Positions 11,709 through 23,500 of a DNA stretch of 64,000 nucleotides are shown piece after piece (the stretch's first letter is position 1; every line of letters begins with the position of its first letter). The DNA lies in contig NW_019028980.1 of the NCBI RefSeq assembly GCF_002105155.1, positions 1,178,001 to 1,242,000 on the forward strand, read 5' to 3'. Source of the stretch: Lobosporangium transversale. Lineage: Eukaryota. Position numbers and translations under genes: made by a program. The notes beneath the pieces were generated by a model that ran no database searches, was not told the origin of the DNA, and saw only the letters and a list, made by a program, of their open reading frames with translations.

Positions 11709-12567
11709 AAGCTTATATCTTTTGTTTTTCTCTCTTGGTGTTTTAATAGATGTTGTTGTCGTCGTGTTTTAGAGAGAGAACCCAAGATTTCAAGTCCAGA
11801 GGTTATAACGCAAGATAGAGAAATAGGTAAGATTTATCGCCTCTGCAGACAAGACTTTATTGAAGTTATGGAGCGATGGTGACGATACTGTGAGGACCTT
11901 TTTTTCTCTTTTCTTTGAAGCCAAGAAGAAGACTCCAAGATACCAAAAGCATGACATCAAAGTTGTAAAGGAGGCTTGAAGTACTGGCTGCAGTTTGGGA
12001 TGGAATGCAGTAGAGATGCGAATATAATCAACTGAGAAGAAAGCATTTAGGCATAAGAGAGACTACCCAACTTTCATAGAAGGCTATCAAGGAACCATGA
12101 GGAAGACACACAGTCAGGATCCGATCACTCAGCCCAGGAAACAGTCATTCCAGTATACTGGACCCGTACTGATGACAGATAGGAAGGGGATCGATGACAC
12201 AGCAAGCCCCAAGGATGCTCTAACACTATGATCTGTTGCGTATAAAACAGAGGAAACTTCGATGGAATGAAGTATGCTCCATGATGCATTACTGGTGTAA
12301 GTCAGGTTAGTATGGATTATACCAATGTAAGCTTGTGTGGATACATCTCAATATCTATTGTACCGTTTCAACTGCAATTCTGCACTTTTTTTCTATTAAT
12401 ACAGCCGTAGCTCATTAACAAAAGCAAAGACAGATATGTTATTCTGCACATGTTCATCCGATAGATGAACATCAATGACAATCAGATCTATTTCAAGGGA
12501 GCTCTTGGCTTGTTTATTCAATTGATTTAATGCAATGCATGACTGAACTGAGGTTCCTTTAGTGCTA

Positions 12568-15500
12568 TCAGCTAATACCAGTACGGACAGATCGAGCAGA
12601 AGGTGTTTTGGTGCCTTTAAATGGTTCAAATGGTTCAAACATCTCTACAAATTGACCAAGACCCATACATTTGTAGGCATAGTCAAAGCACCTCCAGACT
12701 CTTGCCAAGCGATCGCCTCGACAAGCGCCTGCAACATTGCGCCTGGTCAAGAATGGGTCCGTCACGCACAAGAAAGGCTCAGTGCCAAAATGCTCTGGTG
12801 GATGTAAACGACCATTGAAGTCATTGATGCTGACTGTTGTAGTGACCCTATTATGGTTATCTGCAACCAAATATGTGCCAAAAGAGGAGATACCAGGTAC
12901 AGGTACAGCTCCAGAAGGCTTGCCGTCATTGGCGTCAAGATCTTGAAAATACGCTGACTCTGATGGACTGAGCCATGCTTTTCGTTTGAGATCATACACA
13001 GACTTGGTACTAGAGGATCCTATAATGAATGGTGTATGGCCCTGAGACTTATGGCGACCTAATGAGCGTCGTTCTTGGAATTTCCCATCGGCAGCCGAGA
13101 CCTCCATGGTCCGGTAATCGAACTTGCGCGTAAAGTATTCAAAGAACTCAAAAAGTAACTGAGAGACTGTTTTCTTGTTGTGCAGTCCGTATGATTCATA
13201 CACATATTCTCGGGTATCGAACGAGCAATCAAAAGTCTGACTGTCCTCAACGACATGGACTGGTGGACAAACCCCATTGGCGGTGTTTGCAGCTTGATAT
13301 TTCCCAAACGTTGGAAGAGCCTTGCGACGTCGGCCCTTTTGGTCGTATTTGCGCGGCTGACATGACTTGCTCTGTAAACGTGGCAAGATGGCATCATTTT
13401 GCTCTTGGAAAAAGACAATGGCCATCAGAATATAAGCATAAGAAGGGAGATAGCCCGAGGCACCATCCAAGATACCATGACATCGAGCAAAGTGTTTGAG
13501 TATATACAAAAACTTGCCAAGTCTTGGATCAATGGAAATATAGGCCCGGATCAGTTGGGAGTTGTGGACTCCAAGTGGTCTTTGAATATTCATGTCACAA
13601 CAGATGTTTGTCAAAGGATCCCTAAATTTCAAGATTGGCACTTTGGCATCTGTAATTGCCTTGACATCTTCCATCCCTTGCCGGTAGAGGAAATTAACAA
13701 AGAAGAGGACATTGGCATGTGGAGCGCCTGGATAGTAGTTGTTCGAGTAGATACAGATGTCAATATCACTAGAGTTGCTTACAAGGCCAGTTGTGCAGGA
13801 TCTATGGAGAGATGATTACAAAGATGAGAATGAAGGCTTGTACGATTGGCCAACACTTGAGCACCATAATTTCTTGATCGCCTATCAAGTCGTTATAATC
13901 TGTAATGAATTATTTACCCGAATGGTCGTAGGTCAAGTTCTAGGTGCGGATATTCACTTTTAAACATCGTCTGTAATCGCAGAAGTAGACTTATTCGTTT
14001 TTCCAGGTTCTCTTTACCAGGTAAAAGATCCTTCAAGTAAGCGCCATCAAAAAAGAAAGTAAAAAAAAATATTAGCAGTGGCGCAACCGGAGTTCCTTGA
14101 TAGTCTTCTTTCAGTTACATGGACACTTACAGAGTGTAACGCATCAACTCTGGCATCCATTTCCTTCTCCAGACGGGAGGGAAATATCCATAGTGGAAGC
14201 GTCAGGTTGATGCCTTGCCAATCAAAAAAGAGTGTATCTTTGGGGATGGTCAATCGGACAGGCTCTTTCCGACTCATAGCGAGCGCAACTGGATCTTGTT
14301 CAGCTTGTTGTCTCAATCTCTCCTTTTCCTTTTCCTTCTCAGCCTCAAGTCGTTCCCTGGTAGCATTCTCTTCTTTCAGTCGCCTACCCTCCGCTGAATC
14401 TAATGCATGGAGACTTGCTCTCTTTTGTACAATCAGGTTCGCTATCCGCTCTTCTTCTTCTTTGATCAGCTTGTACTCCTGGCGAACTTTATCTTTCATA
14501 AGCTGTGCTGTAGCCACGGCTTTCATGGCTTCAACAACGGATGGTGCGCTGGTTGGATCGAAGGGTTTCTCTGGCTCCTTAGCTGTATTCCGGACATATG
14601 TGAATCGCGAATGCTGTCCTTCCTTCTTCTTAATCTGTTCATCTCGCACCCTCGTAATTTCTCTAATATACTGATCCTTTGCTGTATTAATCGCCTGAAG
14701 CTCGGTCTCTTTTGCAGTATTATATGCAATATCCATTTTGTTTTTCCTGATTTTTGCATTGCTTTCCAGAGAAATGATCGAGTTGTATTGCTCCTGCAAG
14801 TCTGTAAGGTGGTTTTCGTGAATCATCTTGTCCAAGAGGTACTTCTTTCTTCCGTCACTCTCCTGCGAGCCAACAATTAATTGCGCTTTCACTTTTTGCT
14901 GCACTTGATTGCCCTCCTTCTCTCTGGCGGCACGCTCGGCCTCTTTATTCTCTTTATAAAGTCCTTCCACCATTTCCTTTTCCTTAGCGAGTTTTTCTTT
15001 TTCCGCCTCCTTTCTGGCAATCTTTTCAGCTTCTAATTTCTCCTTGGCGATCCTCTCAGCTTCCGCTTTCTGCCTGGCGATCCGCTCAGCTTCTGCTTTC
15101 TCCTTGGCAATCCTCTCCGCTTCTACTTTCTCTCTAGCAATCTTCTCAGCTTTAGCTTTGTCCCTGGCGATCTGCTCTGCTTCAGCTTTCTCCTTGGCGA
15201 TCCGTCCTGCTTCTGCTTTCTCCTTGGCAATCCGCTCAGTCTCTGCTCTCTCTTTGGCAGCCCTCTTAGCCTCCTCCTTGGCAATCCTCTCGGCCTCTGC
15301 TTTCTCCCTGGCGATCCTTTCAGCCTCGACGATCTGCTCGCGCTTTTTCCTTTTTTCTCTTTCCTTCTCCTGCAGTAGCCTCTCCGCTCGCACTTTTTCC
15401 TCCTCTTGCTGTTGCTTCCATCTTGTGGATTCCTTTTCATCTTCACTGTTATATTCCTTCAAGTCCGGAACTTCAGAACAGTCTAAAAAATCAGGGTTTG

Positions 15501-18083
15501 CACTCTGGTAGTTGACGACGATATCGCAAAGCTTTAGGACACTAAAAACCTTTCCATCACGTAATCTGTCCATGCGGTTAGTGTTGTTGTCGTCTTCATA
15601 GTATACCAAGTCTGGAATATTATCGCCATCGTCTTTGTTCGGGACGCTCCCCTCATCTGCAGAGTAGAGTGAATCATCACTTTCACTGCTGTCATTATGA
15701 CTATTATAGCCTTTATAGCCATCGTCATAAAATCCAAATGCAGCCGCTACATAAGGATCTAGGGTACCATTAGAAGCGTACATGGTCTTTGTGATCCCGC
15801 GTGTGATCTGGTGACCTTCTTGGATAAGGAGAACCCGTTTCTCTTCGATGGAGGTTCCATCCATGGTCCTAAGTAACTTTGAGGCCTCTCCCGCATTCAC
15901 ACTTCGGTAGTCTACAACAAGGGTTTCCAAGGCCCGACATAATGCGGGCTTAAGAGGCTTAGAGCTATCCCAATATATTCCAATTAGGTCTCGGACTTCT
16001 CTGCGACACGACAGCAATGTCAAATCCTTCCTCATATCAACTTGCCAAGGCTCTAATCCGGCATTTTTGATATACACAAGGCGTATATATTCGTCCAAGA
16101 AAAAGTCGAGTTCATGGTACTTATCAATTACATCCTGAATGCGAGTCTCATCACGAAGTGGCTTTTGCCTTGACTTTGTCTTTTTCTTGCTTATTGGCTG
16201 CGATGAGCCCTTGATCTGGCTACTATTCTTTTCACTGTTAGTGCTGTTGTTACTGCTAGTGCTGACAGCTCCGTTGCTGGTCAATTGCCCTGTGATCATA
16301 ATTGTTCGTCCATTATCTTTAGCAGCTCTCTGCCTCGCATACTCAATTGCTTCTCGGATTGCAGCTTGGTTCGTATTGAAATCTTGGGAAAAACGACAGG
16401 CCATCACCAACCTAACTTTTAACAATGCTGCTTCCTCTTCTCGTTTCCTAGCTTCCGAAATACATCGCTGTCGAGCCTGTTCTAGCTTTTGGGGCCGCTC
16501 GGCTTCCTGTGCATTGAAAGTATCTATAGCAATTGACAACAACTGGTTACGAAGGGGATTGCATTCATGTACCCCTATTATATCTTTGCTCTGGGTGAGT
16601 TCAGATTGCATCTCTTGCTTTATACGGATATGTGTTTCTTATAAGCATATGGCCATGCACCGATACCTTTTTCCTGTGCTGGCTTGGATGATGACACTGG
16701 TAATGGTGAAGAAGGTAAAGTGGAAGCAGGTTGCATTGCGGATGGAGTGTTTAAAGTGATTGATGCTGTTTCTGCTGATTTTGCCGTCTCTGCTGGCATT
16801 GATGCTAATGTTGATGCTGATGTTGATGCTGATACTAATGATGGTGCTGATGATGATGCTGATGTTGACGCTGATGTCGTTGGAGTGGCCTCAACTAACC
16901 CAGAGTGAGGAAGAGGGGCGTTTTTCTTAGCAATAGCTGCCACTGCTGCCGCCGCCTCCTTCTTGGCCCTTTTCTTTGCATTTTTGGACAGAGGTTTGGT
17001 CAACCCTGCTTCATCTTTCTCTTCTTTCCTTCCTCCCTTTCCATCTTCTTCTTCCTTATCTTTGGATATACTGCCTGCTATTGAGGTTGCTCCCGAGCTT
17101 AAGCTTGGTGATGATGTGGTTGAAGCAACATGATTAGATGTGATACATTTTACAGTATTCGGAGCTGCAGTTGATGATTTAGATTTCTCATCCAGTTTCC
17201 ACTTCTTGATCAAATCTGCATTATACTTGCTCGTGTACTTCTCAACTCCCACCATGCCATTGCTTATAAACACAGAACCACCACCTGATCCTTGATGGTA
17301 CCATATAAACTTGCGACAGCCATCAACAATAACCGAGAATCGATCCTGGAACTCTGGTCTGATCTTTGCATATTGTTGTTGGAAGTGCTTATGATCCTCT
17401 GGGGTCAGTTCAGGCAATGTGCAAGTAACATTGTTGACTTTGATCTCTTTAGTGAACAGTCGGTTCACTCGCCACTCGTCCTTCAAATAACGATAGACAT
17501 TTTCAGGCGATAAAGCATACGGAGCGGTGGCAACAAACATTTGACAGAACTCTGGAATATTTTTAGGGTGCCCTTGAGGGTCTAGTTGGAGCCCTTCGCT
17601 TCTAGACTTCCATGCTTCTGGTTCGGACCCGACATTATACTCCACCATGAATGAAGCCGCTAGCGAGGTTGATTGGAATAGAAGTTGAAGAGATACTACA
17701 GCTGAAGCGCCTGAACTCGTTCCCAGTCTAGCTGCAAGTTCATAGAGGAATATTTCGAATAGAAACTCTGAGAAATGCTCATCGTTTCTGGCGGCCTGCA
17801 CTAGTGATATAAAACTGTCCTCTAGCTCTTGCGCCTCTCGCATCTTCTGCTCCTCTAGTTTCCTTCGCTTCTCCCGCTCCTCCCGCTCCTCCCGCTCCTC
17901 TCGCTTCTCTCGTATCTCCTGCACTTCCTGCTTTCCCTGTTCCTTCTGCTCCTTCTGCTCCTTCTGCTCCTTGTGCTCCTTCTGCTTCTCCTGCTCCTCT
18001 CGTTTCTCCCTCTCTTCACGTTCTCGTTTCTGCTCCTCTCGTGCCTTGTTGCTAAGGTGGAGTGCTCGATACCATGGCTCCAT
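12568..18083 (-). CDS. Cid1/TENT-family terminal RNA nucleotidyltransferase, copy A (~1735 aa); exons 18083-16667, 16574-14131, 14030-13918, 13801-12568
   Basis: Spliced frame is intact (5208 nt). Pol-beta NTase motif PFGSCTTGLVSNSSDIDICI, AKVPILKF, third Asp in ICCDMN, HNSQL, GYLPSYAYILM, LLFEFFEYF, PAP-associated NRM CVTDPFLTRRNVA. Confidence 0.9.
14985..15330. repeat. 30-nt coding repeat (AEAERIAKEK-like decad), ~12 units, TENT-A
   Basis: Periodicity in DNA and protein. Confidence 0.85.
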
Positions 18084-18329
18084 GATAGATGAACTAACCA
18101 ATGAAAAAAAGGTGTATTACTCTCCACTCTTCCCTCCTACACCCCTTGAGCTGTCTTCTTTTTACTTTTTTGTATTTTCTTTTTTACAGATTACCAATTT
18201 AAATATAATTTTTTAAAAAAAAAATAAAGTCAGTTGTTAAATCTATGAATACGCTGATGTACTGTTTTCTAATGTATTCTCACCCTCGCAAATGAAAAAA
18301 GTCCGATGATTTAATGTCCAGTTTGAAAT

Positions 18330-19767
18330 GCCATGCAATCAAGTCAACGCGAATCAAGCTACTGTGTAAGAAAGAGAATGAGAGGAATCAGTCTGCCCTA
18401 CACAGCACTGAAATAAATAGAGCTGCTTTTACTTCGCCTTTATTGTTTACATGGCTCAAACATTGCCCCCTGTGGGCAGAAATCTTATTGGCTGAGGTAA
18501 ATAATATGCATCCTTTTTTATTCTCCCCTTTTTGGTCCATAGTGGCGCTCCAAAACACTTCTAAAAGTAGCACCAACCAGTGGGCCGGATGAAGATGTGG
18601 TAAGAGAGCTTGTCGAAGGAGGCTGAGGCGTCGATGGTGGGGGTCGTATCTGTGAGAGCGCTTCATATTCTGCAGGGGTCATGCGTCTTGACACACTGCC
18701 ACTGTTGTGATCACTTGTAACATTCGGACTATTTGTGTCCTTGTTGGTCATCGGACTTGACCCGTTAGACATTTGGGAGGGATTGGGACTGGGCATATAC
18801 GTATTAGAGGTGCTAGAAGTATATAAACCTTCATGGTTGGCGGCGTTGGGGCCAGTGGGATCCAAGGCTCTAAAAGGGGTCCATGGATTTGCTTCAAGGG
18901 GTGTAGTTGCTGCTATAGGTGATGCTGTTTTGGGCATATGGATCGACCTGATTGGTGAAGCAGCACCAATTGTCCCTGCCCGTGGAGACCCTGCTGCTTT
19001 TGCAGCTGATGTAGACCCCAAAGTCGCCTGTCGAATCCGTGCAGCTTCAAATGCCTCCGACTGCATCTTGGCCATCTCTTCTTGTGGCTGTGACAGTGAC
19101 TGACTTATGGATGTCATTGCAGGCTGCTGCTGCTGTGCGCTTGTCTGCGGGGCTGATACGTCGCTTCTCTTCTTCAATCATAGTGGCAAGTCTACAGAGG
19201 TAAAACCTCGTTCGCCTTGGCTCAGATCTCCCCATAATAAGGACGTTTTCTTGCTTTTATTTTTAAATACAACATCCCAAGTAGACGGGCGGACTAAATT
19301 ATTAGCAGGGATTTGAGCATCCCAGAATCAGGTAGAAGTCAGTAGTCAATTCGCCATTACAGAAAGAGACATGTTCAATATTACTTTATCAGAAACAGCT
19401 TTTGTCAGTTAAACAAAAGAAACAAAATGTACCTTCGACAGTGCCGCCATTATTGGTGAAGACTAGAACTGGAACATCTTTCTGCCTCCGTCTCACTGGT
19501 GCATATACAATGTGGTCAAGGGTTTCTAGAACTGGAGGGCTTCGTAAGATGCGTTTCATGTTCCGCTGAACGAGTAGCCGGTAGCCTTCGGGGATTGGGT
19601 TTTGTGGCGAGTAGGATGGGCGGACAGCCCAATTGTCTCGCTTTCAAGTGCTCCATCATTTTTGAAAAAGATATCGGATATACTCGCTCCTGTACGAGAG
19701 AAGTATGAAACCTTCTTTATGGTTTGTTTGGTTTGTTTACTAACAGTATTGCTGCTGCTATGTGCCG
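18330..19767 (-). pseudogene. Deleted remnant of the SAM-SNF2 helicase gene
   Basis: 18330-19084 matches 26268-27022; 19081-19182 matches 27298-27446 with internal deletions; ~19187-19767 matches ~33327-33913 including an intron. Contains 29-nt and 7-nt frameshifting deletions and lacks the whole ATPase core. Confidence 0.85.
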
Positions 19768-19773
19768 GCTTAT

Positions 19774-20345
19774 TAACTTCTGCAAGCTTGACGAAAGACA
19801 TAGGGACTAGCAGTGGGGCCTTAAAGAGGAACGAAAGCTGTGGCAGGTGCAAGGCTGTTCGCTTCAGCTACAGAAATAGTTCCCATGATGCTTGCCTCCG
19901 AATTTGTGCCTGTTGTAGTTGTGGTTGCTGCTGGCGCTGTTATAGTGGCTAAAGATGGGACTGCAGGGATTGGAGGTGCAATATCATCATCAAAGAGGCC
20001 AATGTCTGCCATATACTCTGAGGATGGAGCTGGACGTAACAGCACATATGAATCTGGAATACCATCTCCATCAGTATCTCTGGGTGATATAAAATGGTCT
20101 TCGATAATGATCCCATCCTCATCCAGGACTGGGATCAGTTGTGCTAGTTTACGCTCCTCAGTCGATTTGAATCCTCCTCGCTCGTTCTTTTCTCGTGCAA
20201 TATTTCGATGTCGCTGCTGCTGTTGTCCTTTTTGTTTCTTTGTAGGATTCGTTTCGACAGGTATCGACTTTTTTTTATCCTGTTCATTGCTACTACTGTC
20301 GTTATTGTCATTGTTTATGTTGGGGCTGATACCACCGTTACTACT
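19774..20345 (-). pseudogene. 3' remnant of gene X (lacks start, TM anchor and promoter)
   Basis: Near-identical to 10564-11135, then jumps directly to sequence homologous to ~12413. Confidence 0.85.
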
Positions 20346-20515
20346 ACGACTCTATTAACAAAAACAGACATTAAGACATATATTATTCTGCACTTGTTCA
20401 TCCGATAGATGAACATCAATGACAATCAATCAGATCTATTTCAAGGGAGCTCTTGGCTTGTTTATTCAATTGATTTAATGCAATGCATGACTGAACTGAG
20501 GTTCCTTTAATGCTA

Positions 20516-23500
20516 TCAGCTAATGCCAGTATGGACAGATCGAGCAGAAGCTGTTTTGGTGCCTTTAAATGGTTCAAATGGTTCAAACATCTCTACAAAT
20601 TGACCAAGACCCATACATTTGTAGGCATAGTCAAAGCACCTCCAGACTCTTGCTAAGCGATCGCCTCGGCAAGTGTCTGCAACATTGTGTGTGTTTAAGA
20701 ATGGATCCATCACGCACAAGAAAGGCTCAGTGCCAAAATGCTCTGGTGGATGTAAACGACCATTGAAGTCATTGATGCTGACTGTTGTAGTGACCCTATT
20801 ATGGTTATCTGCAACCAAATATGTGCCAAAAGAGGAGATACCAGGTACAGGTACAGCTCCAGAAGGCTTGCCATCATTGGCGTCAAGATCTTGAAAATAC
20901 GCTGACTCTGATGGACTGAGCCATACTTTTCGTTTGAGATCATACACAGACTTGGTACTAGAGGATCCTATAATAAATGGTGTATGGCCCTGAGACTTAT
21001 GGCGACCTAATGAGCGTCGTTCTTGGAATTTCCCATCGGCAGCCGAGACCTCCATGGTCCGGTAATCGAACTTGCGCGTAAAGTATTCAAAGAACTCAAA
21101 AAGTAACTGAGGGACTGTTTTCTTGTTGCGGAGTCCGTATGATTCATACAAATCTACTCGAGTATCGAACGAGCAATCAAAAGTCTGACTGTCCTCAACG
21201 ACATGAACTGGTGGACAAACCCCATTGGCGGTGTTTGCAGCTTGATACTTCCCAAATGTTGGAGGAGGTTCGCGATGTTGGCCCTTTTGGTCGTATATAC
21301 GCGGCTGACATGACTTGCTCTGTAAACGTGGTAAGATGGCATTCTTTTGCTCTTGGAAAAAGACAATGGCCATCAGAATATAAGCATAAGAAGGGAGATA
21401 GCCCGAGGCACCATCCAAGATACCATGACATCGAGCAAAGTGTTTGAGTATATACAAAAACTTGCCAAGTCTTGGATCAATGGAAATATAGGCCCGGATC
21501 AGTTGGGAGTTGTGGACTCCAAGTGGTCTTTGAATATTCATGTCACAACAGATGTTTGTCAAAGGATCCCTAAATTTCAAGATTGGCACTTTGGCATCTG
21601 TAATTGCCTTGACATCTTCCATCCCTTGCCGGTGGAGGAAATTAACAAAGAAGAGGACATTGGCATGTGGAGCGTCTGGATAGTAGTTGTTCGAGTAGAT
21701 GCAAATGTCAATATCGCTAGAAGCGTTTCCAAGGTCAGTCGTGTAGGATCTATGGAGAGATGATTACAAAGATGAGAATGAAGGCTTGCGCGATTGACAA
21801 ACACTTGAGCACCATAATTTCTTGATCGCCTATCAAGTCGTTATAATCTGTAATGAATTATTTACCCGAATGGTCGCAGTTCAAGCTCTAGGTGCGGATA
21901 TTCGCTATCAAACATCGTCTGTAATCGCTTAAGTAGCCCTATTCGTTTTTTCATGGATTTTTTACTAGGTAAAAGACCCTTCAAGCAAGCGTCGTCAAAA
22001 AAATGTAAAAGAAAACAATTAGGGTGGACATGAAGTTATTTGGTGGTTTCCTTTCAGTTACACGAATACTTACAGAGTGTAACGCATCAACTCTGGCATC
22101 CATTTCCTTCTCCACGCGGGAGGGAAATATCCATAGTGGCAGAGTCAGGTTGATACCTTGCCAATCAAAAAAGAGTGTATCTTTGGGAATGGATAGTCGG
22201 ACAGGAACTCGCTCAGCTTGTTGCCTCAATCTTTCTTTTTCCTTCTCCTCCTCCTTCTCCTTTTCCTTCTTTTTCTCCTTCTCCTTCTTCATCTTAGCCT
22301 CAAATCGTTTCTTGGCGAATTCTACTCCATGAAGACCTGCCTTCTGCTGTTTAATCTGATTCGCTACTCGCTCTTCTTCAGTTATTATTTGCTTGTACTT
22401 TTGGATAGCTTTGTCCCTCATACTCTGCGCTGTAGCCAGGGCTTTTGTGGCTTCAACGATGGCTGGCACGCAGGTTGGATCAAAGGGTTTCACTGACTTC
22501 TTAGTTGTACTCCGTACATAGGTGAATCCTAAAGCGTGTTCTTTCTTCTCCTCGTTCTGCTCATCTCGCATCATTGTGATCTCTCCATTATACTGATCCC
22601 TTGCTGTATTAATCGCCTGGAGCATGGTCTCTCTTGCAGCGCTATATGCAATATCCGCTTTGTTTTTCGTGACTTCAGTGATTTTTTTTTGAGAAATGAT
22701 AGATTTGTGCTGTTTCCACAGCTCTGCAAGGCATTTTTCGTAGCCCATCAAGTCCTTGATGTACCTCTTTCTTTCATTACTCTCCTCTGAGCCGATAACC
22801 GATTGCGTCTTCGCCTTTTGCCGCGCCTGATTGGCCTCCTTCTCTCTAGCGACACACTCGGTATATTTATTCTCTTTGGCAAGTCGCTCTGCCTTTTGCT
22901 TTTCCTCAGTAAGCGCTTTTATTTCCAGCTTCTTCTTGGCAATCCTCTCAGCTTCTGCTTTCTCTTTGGCGATGCGCTCGGCTTCTGCTTTTGCCTTAGC
23001 AGCCCTTTCGGCTTCTATTTTCTCTTTAGCAATCCTCTCTGCTTCTGCTTTCGCCTTGGCAATCTTCTCTGCTTCTGCTTTCGCCTTGGCAATCTTCTCT
23101 GCTTCTGCTTTCGCCTTGGCAATCCTCTCAGCTTCTGCTTTCTCTTTGGCGATGCGCTCGGCTTCTGCTTTTGCCTTAGCAGCCCTTTCGGCTTCTAATT
23201 TCTCCTTAGCAATCCACTCTGCTTCTGCTTTCGCCTTGGCAATCTTCTCTGCTTCTGCTTTCGCCTTGGCAATCCTCTCAGCTTCTGCTTTCTGCCTGGC
23301 GATCCACTCTGCTTCTGCTTTCTCCCTAGCAAGCTTCTCGGATTCCGCTTTCTGCCTGGCGATTCGCTCGGTTTCAGCTTTTGCCTTAGCAGCCCTTTCG
23401 GCTTCCAATTCCTCCTTAGCAGTCCTCTCTGCTTCTGCTTTCTGCCTGGCGGTTCGCTCGGCTTCTGCTTTCTCTTTGGCCATCCGCTCGGCTACTGCTT

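Larger units (their letters stand above)
10564..19767. repeat. Tandem segmental duplication, unit 1 (intact gene X, TENT-A, collapsed helicase remnant)
   Basis: Direct matches to unit 2 at offsets 9210 (gene X 3' half), 7948 (TENT last exon), 7938 (helicase 3' end) and 14140-14147 (helicase middle). Confidence 0.9.

Noticed and set aside
11830..12400. Possible relic coding or mobile sequence between gene X and TENT-A (absent from unit 2)
   Set aside because: Only short unrecognisable ORFs; its absence in unit 2 is explained by the deletion that removed the gene X 5' half.
16575..16666. Consecutive ORFs only a few nt apart in different frames in both TENT copies (possible programmed frameshift or polycistron)
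   Set aside because: A 92-nt GTATCG...TAG intron joins them exactly in frame in both copies (16575-16666 and 24932-25023).
12706..20710. C-to-T/G-to-A bias between TENT copies suggesting RIP
   Set aside because: Few sites, no introduced stop codons, long untouched identical tracts, and RIP is not established for this inferred lineage.
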